Source: Patellaria atrata CBS 101060
Lineage: Eukaryota
Direction of reading: 5' to 3'
DNA: 64,000 bases
NCBI GenBank assembly: GCA_010093705.1
Contig: MU006093.1
Span: 1,385,301 to 1,449,300 of the forward strand
Below the pieces are notes generated by a model. The model worked only from the letters and a program-made list of their open reading frames with translations, searched no databases and was not told where the DNA came from. The translations under genes were made by a program, and so were the position numbers. Shown piece after piece: positions 11,036 through 23,935 of the stretch; position 1 is the stretch's first letter; every line of letters begins with the position of its first letter.

Positions 11036-11302
11036 CTACTTCGTAACTCTCGGGTCATTGCCCCTGGTGATTGGGTTTGGGTCGTTGGTTTGGCCGCCTC
11101 CGTTGTGGATGACAACTGGGTATGGCTTTTTACTAAAAGCGTAGCATCCGGAGCTTCTTGAACTATTGGTGTATGCGGAATAATTTGAGGTAGTGTAGCC
11201 TTCAGAGCAGGTTAGCATGATATGACTCCTGGAGGATGTCATCAGGCGTAAAGACTCACTCCTTGAGCTTCCACCGTAATAGGTGTCTTGTTTCGTTGCC
11301 AT
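11036..11302 (-). CDS. Small (88 aa) Ser-rich hypothetical protein with a VIHNGGGQTNDPN motif
   Basis: Good start context (CAAAAATGG) and a TATA-like element upstream (~11575-11583). The C-terminal motif resembles small hypothetical Pezizomycotina proteins as I recall them (not verified by search). Confidence 0.6.
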   Translation of the reverse strand: MATKQDTYYGGSSRSESLRLMTSSRSHIMLTCSEGYTTSNYSAYTNSSRSSGCYAFSKKPYPVVIHNGGGQTNDPNPITRGNDPRVTK

Positions 11303-12740
11303 TTTTGATATTGAGGCTTCCGGTATGGAGTTAGGCTGAAGTATGCGAGACGCCTAGTTGCAGGATATATCTATTTAACGAGGCTATTGGTGTGTTGCTA
11401 GGCGGAGATAGTATAGTATCCTGGAATTTGATGCAGATATTTCGATGCTGATCAGGTACGGGACGAATAGATTCTAACAGATGAGGATGATGTTCTTGTA
11501 GTAGATAATTAAGACTTGCATGTGTGTGAAGATGTATTGAAAGAAGGAAAAGGTCAAAGACTCATTAGAAATTTTTTATATACTCCCCTCTGTGATCATT
11601 GAGGGAGGCCGACCTTTTCGGTGCCTGAAAGATACCTACCTATGACTGTGAACATTTGGTGCATTGCCCCAAAAGGACGCCTCCAGGCTCTTCACAGGCA
11701 GACAGACTTGTACAGATAAGGGTATGGTCCCCAGGCTGCAATATGATTTGAAGAATAGCTCAAAACTTGTATAAGAGTCACTGGATGACCAGAATTGAGT
11801 GGGATGAAAGAACATGGCAGAACGGTGACGACGACAATAATGTGAAGAGTCAAAGAAGCAGGCCGGGATCGAATTATGTGTATCTGACCGGATTACTCTT
11901 TACTTATGCCAGGCACCACAAGGCTGCAGTTGAACCGCAGTAGAGTCAAGCTCAAATTGACCATTTAGGTTGAAGTCCAGGCATCAGGTGGGAACAAGTC
12001 GTATATAGAAGGATGACGCATTTTTTTCACCGGAACGCTCAAAGCTTCACAAACTGTGGCTCAGACTACCAGTGAAGCGTTTCATTCGGACTCGGCCGAT
12101 GCCAAAAAAGTATTTCAATCTCAAAAACAGGCCGTTGTTTGAGAAAAACGCGGTGAGGCCGAAATAGGTGCGGACGACATTTGAAAGTGATGCGGGAGAC
12201 TTTCGAGGGCCGGTGGGGGCCGAAGTTGGGGACGGTGCCTATGGTAATATTTAGAGCTACTTATCAGTATATCGTAATTTCTGAAAACAGCAGCTTCTCA
12301 ACTCATCAAGAATTCCATCTAGAGGAAAAATTCGGAGGGTTTTGCGATGATAACTTGAGAGTTGAAAGCGAAAACAATTACTAAGTTGTGTCTGATCATC
12401 TCCTTTATTACGTGAATTCCCCGAAACCTGACTAAGCCGTCCCGATCGGGCACCTGATAATGGTATTGGTACATTGTAACTACTCTTTATAGTACAGCAA
12501 GTAATCCGAATACCACAGCAAGGGAAGAGATGAAAACGATGTTTTGTCAAATTCTAGTCTATGTAACTCTATATCTTCTATACTCTTTCCAACGAATGCG
12601 TATCTATGATATTTTGCAGTATCCCCTTTCGAAAGTACATCAAAGACTGAAAGGACCCCTATTTACGTCTTCGACATTCCATCTATGATCTATTAGCAAA
12701 TATCTTTTACGGCACGAGGTTCTTTGAAAGATCAGTTCGT

Positions 12741-14741
12741 CTAAGCTTCCCTCTCTGGGCTCCCGGGATCATCTCCCCAAACTTCCTTCACCAACTGTCT
12801 CTTGTTGATCTTCCCCATCGCATTTCGTGGTATAGATTCCACGATCTTCATCTCCTGTGGGATCTTGTAATTGGCCAGCTTATCTTTCAGAGCGCGACGT
12901 AGATCCAGCGCACTGAATCCCTTCTTCTTAGATGACGGTGATTGCTCAGGCGGGTTCTTCCCTTCAGAAGTCAGGACGACCACGCTGGCGACACGCTGTC
13001 CCCAAGTACGTGACGGTAGTGGTACCACGGCGCATTCGGAGATTTGAGGTAAACTCAACATCTCCCTCTCCACCTCCAAAGCGCTCACTTTCTCCCCACC
13101 CGTCTTGATAATATCCGCGCTCTTCCTCCCCTGTATGAAATACATACTCCCACGAGCCCATTCCCCACTCCTTCCCTCGCCAGCCCGTTCAACATTCCTT
13201 CTCACAGCTACATCCCCTGTTTTGAACCACTTGCCCTTGCCGTCTTCACCATCAACAAACTCTGATACTGTCGCCGCTTCGTTGCGCCAGTACTCCTTGA
13301 AGATCGTTTTTCCTCGTAGTTGTATCTCCCCGTGGCGTTCCCGGCCATCAACGTCAATTTCTTGCCCCTCCTGGATAATTTCACCGTTATCCGTGTCTAC
13401 CAAACGGGCCTCAACACCCGGTAGGGGCCATCCTACGCTACCGTCGACACGGTCTGAAAAGTCAAGACCGCACGAGAGCGCCATACCGACTTCAGTCATA
13501 CCATAACGCTCTAATAGAACATTGCCGAACGAGAGGTTGGCCCATTTCTTTTTGGTCGGTGTGGGGAGCGCTGCCGAACCGGATATGTTAAGACGTAGAT
13601 TTTGCGGGGATAAGGCTTGGGTTGTTGCGTGTTGAATTTCAGGGGTCAGACTAGCATGGGTATTGAGGAGCCTTGAGTAGATGGTTGGGACGGCAGTGAA
13701 GAAGGTGATCTTTTCTCTGGGGAGAGTGAACTCTTGTGTATCGGTGTTATCATGCAAAAAGGGTGCTGCAAGACGAGCCCAGACTTGCGATGTATTAAAA
13801 GGAAAGAGAAATTCGATTGTCGAACCAGCAAAAAGGGGTGTCAGAAGAGCATTTACGGTTCCGTGTATATGGTGAAGAGGAAGGCAATGGAGAAGTCTAT
13901 CGGTGGGGAGGTAATGCCATGCTTTGAGAAGAGAATAGGATTGTGCCGTTAGGGCAGATTGGGGAATGAGGACCCCTTTCTATTTGAGTTAGATCAGCCC
14001 AAGAAAACAACAGTTGGGTGTCTTACGGGTCTACTGGTTGTGCCAGATGTGTATAACATCATCCCACCATTTCCCTCGCTCCGAATATCCTCTAGCTTTG
14101 CATTTGCAACTTTATCACCTTCCAAAATCTTTCCAAGCTCAGCCAGTATTGGAACATACCCTAAGTTCTCTTTGACAATATCTTTAGCCTGGTTTTGGAA
14201 TTTGCTACTCGACAATAGCATCAAGGCCTGACTCTGCTCGACGATATATCTGAGCTCATTCGCGGGAAAAGACGGCGCAAGTGGTACTGCGATCGAATGA
14301 CATCCGAGAATTGCCAAAAGAGTCACTAAACACATCAGCTGCATAATTCTCCTTGTCCCATTTCCTACGAAAGCGCGCACCTACATAGTCATACCCATTC
14401 TCCACCAAGAACGCAATCCTTTCTCCATCCAACTGAGTCCCTTTCGCAGAGTCTTTTAACCGATCCTTCGCCTCCGCGACATCATTAAGCAATTCTCCGT
14501 AAGTGAACTGTCGTCCGCTCAACGAATGTACGACGGCGACACTATCTGGGTCATGCTTCTCAATTGCCTCGAAAACAGGTAGTCTAGGTAGTCTAGGCAA
14601 AGTCGAAGCCATTCTGCGGTATCCAAGTATCAGAGCTCCGTATCGCCAATGAGGACTCGTAGACTGTTGCCAACGCAGGAGAGGAGTCGGATGCTTGGCG
14701 ATATGGGCGACCTGCTTCAGTGCCGGTCGCCATACCGACAT
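12741..14741 (-). CDS. Acyl-CoA synthetase, ACSF3/malonyl-CoA synthetase-like (AMP-binding family)
   Basis: Exons 14741-14381, 14325-14027 and 13979-12741, all with GT-AG introns. Motifs: AMP-binding signature MLYTSGTTSRPKG, ERYGMTE, WFKTGD, IKTGGEKVSALEVE, PRNAMGKINK. Confidence 0.93.
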
Positions 14742-15501
14742 GCTTGGAGGTTTTGTTCGGACGGAAGCTGTCGGGATGCCTTCCGACCGAACTTGTTGCC
14801 AGGGGTTGAGTGTAGGAGAAAAGGAGCGGGAGGACGATCAATTGACCGTTCGAGGACTAATTAATTCATCGGAAATAGAATGGTCGCAAATGTCATTCGT
14901 CTTACGAATACTTGAGATGGGAGCATGAGGCCGAACGGGGAGGGGGATAAGGTAAGGTAGCTTGGGGATGGCTTGGAAAATCCGGGGTAGCTCGACTCAT
15001 CGACACTCCAGCTCGTGGCTTTTCGTGACTCTCCACGTGTTCCCCACAAATTGAATTCATGCCTTTGCTCAATAATACCAAGGTGATCGTCAAGACCGTT
15101 TTCGCACCTAACAATGTGCTCTTCTGTGAGAGAATTCACGTGAATCAACAACGCTTTGCTCGATGATGAAAGCCCAAGAGCTCCTGACTCGTAACATCCA
15201 AACATCCGATCCGCCCAGAGCAGTAGTCTCCAACCTCACCAAGCCCTCCTTCCTCCAAACTCTCGTATCGTAGATCCCGCATCAACGTCATCCATATAAT
15301 TCACAAACTATTACTATTCGAAGCCCTCAGACATCAAGCGCCTTAAACCTCTAGGCGAAACGACCCAGTGACCTCACCCCACCCATCACCGATCCCTCCA
15401 ACCCCTCTCTTTCCAATATCCACGTCATCATCCCCAACCTCGAAACCTCCATCACGCTCCCCTCGAGAAAAGAGACCTGTACCTCTACCTTAGCCCAATT
15501 G

Positions 15502-15612
15502 ATGCACCTTGCATCCCGTGCCCTCGCGCGCACCACGCGTCTATACACCATGGCGACCTCCACCTCCCTCTCCACATCAAAAACACCGATGGAAGACACA
15601 ATAAGAGCCAAA
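15502..15612 (+). CDS. BolA-like protein (Bol1/Uvi31 type), first exon only; the rest presumably lies in the assembly gap
   Basis: MHLASRALARTTRLYT (presequence-like) then MATSTSLSTSKTPMEDTIRAK, followed by a GT donor at 15613. 'TPMEDxIRxK' matches the start of fungal BolA domains. Confidence 0.65.
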
Positions 15613-15624
15613 GTACCTCCCTCC

Positions 15625-16315
15625 CNNNNNNNNNNNNNNNNNNNNNNNNNNNNNNNNNNNNNNNNNNNNNNNNNNNNNNNNNNNNNNNNNNNNNNNNNNN
15701 NNNNNNNNNNNNNNNNNNNNNNNNNNNNNNNNNNNNNNNNNNNNNNNNNNNNNNNNNNNNNNNNNNNNNNNNNNNNNNNNNNNNNNNNNNNNNNNNNNNN
15801 NNNNNNNNNNNNNNNNNNNNNNNNNNNNNNNNNNNNNNNNNNNNNNNNNNNNNNNNNNNNNNNNNNNNNNNNNNNNNNNNNNNNNNNNNNNNNNNNNNNN
15901 NNNNNNNNNNNNNNNNNNNNNNNNNNNNNNNNNNNNNNNNNNNNNNNNNNNNNNNNNNNNNNNNNNNNNNNNNNNNNNNNNNNNNNNNNNNNNNNNNNNN
16001 NNNNNNNNNNNNNNNNNNNNNNNNNNNNNNNNNNNNNNNNNNNNNNNNNNNNNNNNNNNNNNNNNNNNNNNNNNNNNNNNNNNNNNNNNNNNNNNNNNNN
16101 NNNNNNNNNNNNNNNNNNNNNNNNNNNNNNNNNNNNNNNNNNNNNNNNNNNNNNNNNNNNNNNNNNNNNNNNNNNNNNNNNNNNNNNNNNNNNNNNNNNN
16201 NNNNNNNNNNNNNNNNNNNNNNNNNNNNNNNNNNNNNNNNNNNNNNNNNNNNNNNNNNNNNNNNNNNNNNNNNNNNNNNNNNNNNNNNNNNNNNNNNNNN
16301 NNNNNNNNNNNNNNN
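15625..16315. other. Assembly gap (N run)
   Basis: About 690 consecutive N. Confidence 1.
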
Positions 16316-16664
16316 TATGTACTTGTACTTCAACTGTTCGATACCAATACGATAGTTGTGTTTCCATTCGATAGATATAGAGGATTATTAACTATCAAAG
16401 ACGTTTTATCGAGGGCTAGTCTGGATTATCACTCAAAAAGTAGCTTAGAAATAACCGCAGACTTATCCATTTTGCTAATTACGCGGCTCATAACCTGATC
16501 GAACCCCTTGATATTGCCAAGGAAAACTCGTGGTAGCAAAATATTAATTACAAAGTCCTCCCCTCGCTAAGCGGAGTGCAGGAATAGATTTCCAAGCCAT
16601 TTCAGCCTAACCCGCGTGACGTAATAAAGAAAAAGGAGGTATCAAGACGAGAAAAGAAAAGAAC

Positions 16665-17694
16665 CTATGCGGTGTGTTCGGCAGCACGGGCCTCGGCACG
16701 CTTCTCACGGGCCTTGTCGGACCAGGGGAAGTGGGCGACGGGAACGACGAAGAAGCTAAAGATTTGGTTAGCAAGAGATTCGAAAACAGGCACGGGAGGG
16801 GAGAAACGAACCTGTTGGACGAATCAGCCATACCGGCGAAGGCGTTATACCAAGCCAAGAAGGCGGCGAGGAGACCGAAGACACCGCCGGCCTTGATGCA
16901 ACCTTCGTTCGGGTGTCCGCCGTCATTCTCGAGATAGCCGATGCCGAGCATGAGGAAGGCGATGTCGAGGGTGAAGAATAAGGAGAAGAAGGCGACGGTG
17001 GAGCGAAGGGTGCAGAGGAGCAGAAGTGTGGTGAAGATGAACCATCCCATGAGGTAGAGACCAAATGAGTTGAGGAACGGGTACGGGCTCTCAGCCTCTA
17101 GGGTCTCAACGATCTCGAAACCGCCGGGAGTCAGGATGATTGCGAAGGAGATCCAGAAACCGCCGTAAGAGGAAAGGGCGGTGGCACCAAAGGTGTTACC
17201 GCACGCGATTTCCCACATGCCGGCGAGCAGCTGAACAAGACCACCGTAACCGAACGCGATTGCGACAACCAGGTTAGGATGGGCGATGTCACGGGTGCCC
17301 AAATTGATCAGCGAAAGCACGAAAGTGGTGAGAGCGAAAGCTGATAGACCCAATGGAGCTGGATTTGCAAGCTTCCTGCTTGGGGGTCTACCAGATATCA
17401 GCAAATCGAGTTCTTCATAAAAGCTGAACAAAAGTATCGAGGTACTGACCGGTAGAGACCGGGTTGGAATTCACCACCGAACGCGGCAAGTCTCATTTCA
17501 GGGTCATTGGTCGCGATGTGAGCAAGTGGATTTCCACCATAGTCGTACGGCTTCCTCTCCTTGGTGTGGTGAGTGCCGTGATCCAATGTGCTTGTGCCAT
17601 TTGTATGCGAGCCGTTGGTGATGCCACCAGTGGCAGTTGGTGGTGCACGTGCATCGGATGGGTTTCCAGTAGCCGTCTGATCACCTTGAGACAT
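16665..17694 (-). CDS. GPR1/FUN34/YaaH (SatP) family acetate transporter, Ady2/AcpA-like
   Basis: Exons 17694-17450, 17387-16812 and 16755-16665. Signatures AFGGEFQPGLY, ANPAPLGLSAF, YGGLVQLLAGMWE, GNTFGATALSSYGGFW; multiple TM helices. Confidence 0.96.
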
Positions 17695-20600
17695 TGTGTT
17701 TATATGGATATGATGAGCTGTGGCGATGAAATGAGACTATTGGAAAGACGGGTATGGCGAAGTCAGATATTGCAATCGGAACGTGAAGCTACTTCTGCTG
17801 TGAAACACGATTTGGAGACGAGTAAATCTTTGTGGGTGACAAGGGAGAAAGGAGTGATCTGGAGAAGTTGGGGTACATGGAATATATAACGAACTGATCT
17901 TCACACACCCTTTTGCCTAGGGTCTTCAGAAGTCATGGCGTCTATGCGGAGATGTCAACATATTCCATACACATCTCCCGACAAGGATGATTTATTAGAG
18001 CAAAAGAATGGACCAGGATCCTTAGTTCAGCAATGGGTAGGCCGTGTTTAGCCAAAGGGAGGATGGAGTGGAAACGGTCATGACCACATTAGATTTGGCG
18101 CATGGTCGAAGCGACGGCAGAGCACGAAAATCCCATGTAAGCATACTGTAACTTGCTTCAGTAATTCACCAATTGCCTTCGACTCCAAATAAGTGCCGAG
18201 GCCGGTGGACCGGATACGCCAATCTTGTCAGTATACGTGCATCCAGCCGATCGCGAGATACCGTACGTAGCTGCATCGTCATAGCTTTCTCACCTGCTGT
18301 TACCTGCAGTCCTGACTTGAGTGCGGAGATGGTAAGAGTCTAGAAGGTGAGACTAGTTCAAGCTGAGAATCGTGGGGAAATTTGGGAAGGTAACTTGATT
18401 GGACTTGTAGAAGAAACGAATGGCGAGAGTCATTGGTCAAGTGCTCTGAAAATAAGGTACTTGTAAATACTTCCAGGACAGGATATTCCTAACGATCCGG
18501 ACCTATCGTCGATATTGGGTATTGGGAGTAACTTACACCCAAGCAGCGCTTCAATACTTTAGTGGACTCTGTTTAAGTCAATCACTAACCTTAGTTCTCT
18601 TATATGCGCCTGAAATTCGGTCTCTGAAGTGAGCGCCGTATTGTACAGTGCGTGTACGGAGCACTCAATCTTGATGCACTCTCCTTTGCTTGTTTGTCAG
18701 TAAATAGGGAGGAGCCATGCTAGGAAAGACAGGTACCTCTTGGAATCGGCTAATCTTACAGTGAATCTTACAGTGAAAGAAAACAAGTCCGAAAGTACTC
18801 TTGACAAAAAGCTCGTGTTGACTGGTTGTGAGCGGAGACGGAGGTTGGAGGTTGGGAGGTCACAATTTGTCAAGCCTGAGCCAAGGATTGCTTGTTTCCC
18901 GCGTGGCTTGCCGCGAACTGCAAACCATTCTCTGTCTCTCCTTCCGTCCCTCCTCGGTACCGCGCTTCCTGATCGCACCGAATTCTGTTGAGAAGCCGTA
19001 CGTGCGCGAAAGCTTCGGGGCGTGGAATTCTGGATGGACAGGAGAGCCGCGGGAAGGTAGAATGTCGGAAGAGGCCTGAAGGAAGTTTTCAGCTTCATCC
19101 ATTTGTCCATGAAAATGTTCGTGAGAGCATCAGGTGAGATGTGCTCGTCACGCTGGAACCATTTGGGCACTTACGTGAGCCCAGGAGGGCCAAGGCAAAG
19201 TGCCGCTAGCCGTGCTGAATAACACAAAGGTATGACGCGTTTGTTACAACCCCAAGAGTCGATGCCGTGAAGACTCAGCACTTATCACTTTGACCTATTG
19301 ATGTTGTCATATTATTCTTCTTGTTGAAGACAGAACTTATCTTTCGTGTTGTTTGCAATTGTCCAGTCCTCTAGATTCATCATTCTCCTCGAACTCTTTA
19401 CCTGAGATAACTACGAGAGAAATTTCAACCCTAACGCAAGTTACGAATTCCGCTACCATTCCAGTTCTAGGGTATCACCCCAGTCCATACGGACACCCAA
19501 GTACTAATAAAGGTAGCTTCCCACGCCATCCGTAGACAATCGCGTACCAATATAGATGGATGTGAACAACATTGGAAGACTGGAAATGTCGTTTAGCCTG
19601 AAAGGACCTTCGATGCACTTTCATTCCTTTCAATTGAGTCACCCGGGTTGCGAATTGAATTTTTGAATTGGTCTAGCACGTGAGGATACTTTTTTTCCGA
19701 CTCTCAAACGCATCAAGTTGGTTGTTAAACGGTATACTTTCTAATTGATTGCAAGCTCTTATCACCACACACATTGAGTATAGATTTACCCGATTTTTTT
19801 CGCAAGCAATCTTTATTGTCTGTACGTGATCGAATCCAAATCAGCATTTTTCCAGGACACGCAGGGGTGATGAGGGGTTTCAAACCACTCAACAGCTGTC
19901 CACACCCATCCATCCCCAAAGGTAGGAAATACTCCTGGTCCATCATGTCGGCGTTCTTGAAACTATGCCCGAATTTTGATTGCTCTAAATACGAAAATAG
20001 GTTCCACTATAACAATGAAGAGCCACTGAAATATCCAACCCACTTCCACGCCGAATCCATTATTCCCACACGGCAACAGTTCGAAAGAAGTCTGAACGAA
20101 ACTTCTAAAATGCATTCCCCAACAAGCATTTCGCCTGATTCCTGAGCAAAGCTTCTGCTCTGTAAAACAATGTCAACAGTGAGCACTAAAAGCGCCACAC
20201 TCGCTTCGATAATATATCCTGCTGCAGCACCCGGCTTGAAAACACTCCATAGCCCATACAGCACTTGGCAGACATGCCATTTTCCTTAAACGAAGCTCAA
20301 TCATATAAATGAGACTATCGAGACGGCAGACCCGGAGAGAAAGGCCCGACGGTGGTCCATTCGAGATGAGAAGATGGCACGCGCTTTCAACCCTGGATGG
20401 GTGGACCTGGATTTCTCGACAGCAGATGCCTTTTCAAAGTCTATTCCACTCCTGAAAAAAGAGTCATCGAAACGCATTCAGATCCTCGAAGCGCTTAGGA
20501 AAAGATCCCTCTTGAAGCCTGTCCAGTTGGAAGGAAGGAGATGCGCTAGGAACGACTAACTTTTGTCTGTTCACCTTGCAATATCCTGATGCGACAAGAC

Positions 20601-22108
20601 ACAGTGCATATCTTTAAGTGCATGAAATCTCATCCTCGACTATCTCACCCAGGTGATACTTGAAAGAGGTAGGACTGGTATAAGCATGAAGATGCCCTCT
20701 ATTCATCGTAGGGAACATTATGTAGTATTTTCTACATTATCGGGCCCCTATCCAATCCAGCTGTCTTATACACGATTCTACCCTACGATCAAGGTACACA
20801 GTACATGCACAGCTCTGAGATCAAAGTAAAAAAAAGCAAACCGAGCATGAGAAAGATCTATGTTGATCCCAAGCCGTTAGAACTACGAAAAGCAAAACTC
20901 TAATCTTAGATCCGAATTCCAAAATGGGAAACGTGCTCAGGGTTTAAGATAAGTCAGTCGACAGCAAGGAGAAATATGGCTCGCCTCCCAGTCCAACTCA
21001 TGACTTCACGCGTAATCCACGAGCAGGTCAGGATCGCGAATTGGTTGTACAATACTGAAGATGCACTGGGGGAGATTACGAGGTAGGAAAACCGACATGG
21101 GAACAGATGGACGGAGGTCTATTGAGTGGTTTGTGTAAGACTCTTGGGCTCAACTACAAGTAAAGGAAAGGTAAGAAATGTACTTGCTTGAATTGAAATG
21201 CGGATCAGCAGCAAGACTATCCATAAGACAGGAGGAGCCGAACTCGATGGAAGGAAGATAGCATCACTGTTGGCATTCCTCCATATATGTATGCTTGTTC
21301 AACAGTTACCAGTAGGCTTTCATATTCGAAGTATAAACAGTCCTCTATCGTTTGTATGACTGTGACATGTACGGTTGGGTTCTCAGTACAGTGTAGTACA
21401 GTACCATCTCGACTTTACCGTACAAGTAGAATCGGAGAACTCTTTGAGAGCGAGGGGACAGTACAGTGCAATAGGCGAAGAATGAAATGAGAGTCTTAAG
21501 TCCAAAGAGGGTAGAAGTAAGCTTGTGTACAAGTAGAAGCATACCTTAATGCATCCATTTCCAAAGAAAGTAAAGTCGTTTCTCCGTACTGCTCCGTTCG
21601 AAGTAGCTTCGATGAAAGCTCTTCCCCGGCTACTGGACCAGTTTTGAAGACCTTCCGACGAAAGCTTTATATGTAGATTGCATCTCTCTTCTACGGACCA
21701 CAGTAGTTGATTTATGACAAGAATTGATATTTCTTTTTTCCCCCTCGTGATGCCTCAAGATAGTTGCCTCTCAGTCGTCGATCTTCCTTTCAAACCCCCG
21801 CTTTCCCTTTTCAAGCTGCGACAGATGCAGTGAGACGAGACGCCGCCGTGCCGCGTAATGGAAGGACAAGTTACATTGACCAACCGAAAGGATGCTCCAT
21901 CCGATCGCTCGTAGTACGCCTTGCTCCTGAATACTTGCTCTGTGCAGACTCTGGTGAACTGTGAACTTATTACTTATACTCTTTCAGTTTTGAAGGTGTA
22001 AACAATTCGACGACAACTCCACAGCTACCCCGCAACAGCTTACCTATTACGCGCTACGAGTATAGCTTCACGAGCTTCTACTCGCACAGCTATTAGCAAT
22101 AGCACAAC

Positions 22109-23632
22109 ATGAAGGAATCACTTGACCTAGCTCTCCGACCTTCGTGGGACGAAACGGGTAGAGAATGGTTCAATCATTCAAGCGCTCCACGCATCTTCAC
22201 CGACGCTGTCGTCATCGAGTCTCTCCGTAAACAATATCCGGAGCTCAAGCTCGTCGTAGCTCCCCAAGGCGTCCTCAACCTCCTCGCATACGCTGCCGCA
22301 GGACACGCAACCGCAACATCCATCGGGGAAGAAAATGATCCCGTCTACTCCTCCCTTCGCTGGAGACAGTATATCCCACCCGCTCGCCGCATCGATGGTG
22401 CTAAGGGGACATTGGCAAACGTTGTCCTGTTCGGGAAATACATCTACAAGTGGAAGAACCCCGCGAGGGATGAGCCGCAAGAGTTTCTGGTATACATTAT
22501 CAACGGCAGGGATGGGTCAAATTCTTATCCCGCCCCAACGAACCATTACATACTCTGCCGCGAGGAGCGAGATGCCGACGATCTCATCCTGACCGCCTCG
22601 CAGTGGGGCACGGAGCTCCACAACGAGGTCTGGGTGTTCGACGGGGGGTATTTCCAGAAGAGCTACGAGCTGTGGGAGAGCGTGCAGCACGCGGAGTGGG
22701 AGAACGTCATCCTGGACGCGGACATTAAGAAGGCCATCATCAAAGATGTCACGAACTTCTTCGACTCTCGAGAAACGTACGAGAAGCTCAAGGTTCCTTG
22801 GAAACGCGGCGTCATATACTACGGCCCGCCCGGTAACGGGAAAACCATCTCCATCAAGGCGATGATGCACACCCTCTACGAGCGCAAAGATCCCATCCCA
22901 ACCGTCTACGTCCGCACCCTCACCAGCGTAAGTTCTCCCCATCCCCCATAAACCCCCTTCGCCGGCCCCGACAAAAACCTAACCAACCCCCCCAAGTTCG
23001 CCGGCCCCGAATGGTCCCTCTCCCAAATCTTCGGCAAAGCACGCCAAGTAGCGCCCTGCTACCTCGTCTTCGAAGACCTCGACAGCATCGTCAGCGACGC
23101 CGTCCGAAGCTACTTCCTCAACGAAGTCGACGGCCTCCGCAGCAACGACGGCATCCTCATGATCGGCAGCACGAACCACCTCGACCGCCTCGACCCGGGC
23201 ATCTCGAAGCGCCCCTCCCGCTTCGACCGCAAGTACTTCTTCCCCAACCCTGACTTCGCCCAGCGCGCCGCCTACGCCGCCTTCTGGCAGCGCAAGCTCG
23301 CCGATAATCCCGATATCGAATTCCCGGATAAATTGTGTAAGGCTATTGCGTCGATTACGGATGGGTTTTCTTTTGCGTATATGCAGGAGGCGTTTGTCGC
23401 GACGCTGTTGACTATTGCCGCCTATGATGATACACCGGATCAGGAGTGCTGGAACAAGCAGAGGAATCATCTCATATGGCAGAGCGTGGCGCAGAAGCCG
23501 GTGAGGGTGCGCGAGGATGGCGATGGCGAGTTGGAGAAGTTGCTGCTGTGGAGGGAGATCAAGAAGCAGGTTAGGATTTTGAGGGAGGAGATGGGCGGGA
23601 AGGGTAGTGGGTTTGGGAAAAAAGAGTTGTGA
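22109..23632 (+). CDS. Single-domain AAA+ ATPase (fungal family, function unknown)
   Basis: Exons 22109-22927 and 22997-23632. Walker A GPPGNGKT, Walker B LVFEDLD, SRH region STNHLDRLDPGISKRPSRFD. Confidence 0.93.
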
Positions 23633-23935
23633 GAGAGGATTCTAAGATGTGCATGTTATGAGTGCGGTCATTAGTCTATATACATACACTCTGGAGCGTG
23701 GCTAGAAAGAGCCTAGTTAGGTGTAATGAAGGCAATATATCCCCGGTCTTGTAATCGGGCTGATCGTGCTTAATGTTCACAGAGGAATATCATCACATAT
23801 AAAGCACATATGGCCCATGTAGATTCTCTTTGATCATTTGAACTAATTTACCCCCACTCCATTCCTTCATGCAGATATAGCTAACAAAGCAGAAGAAGAC
23901 ATCTCAATCCTCGTTTTACCTCCACTGAAACGAAA

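Noticed and set aside
15351..16374. Long ORFs spanning the N run
   Set aside because: Artefacts of translating the assembly gap.
18697..19170. 157-aa minus-strand ORF in the intergenic region
   Set aside because: Non-ATG start, no family motifs, several overlapping ORFs of similar quality.
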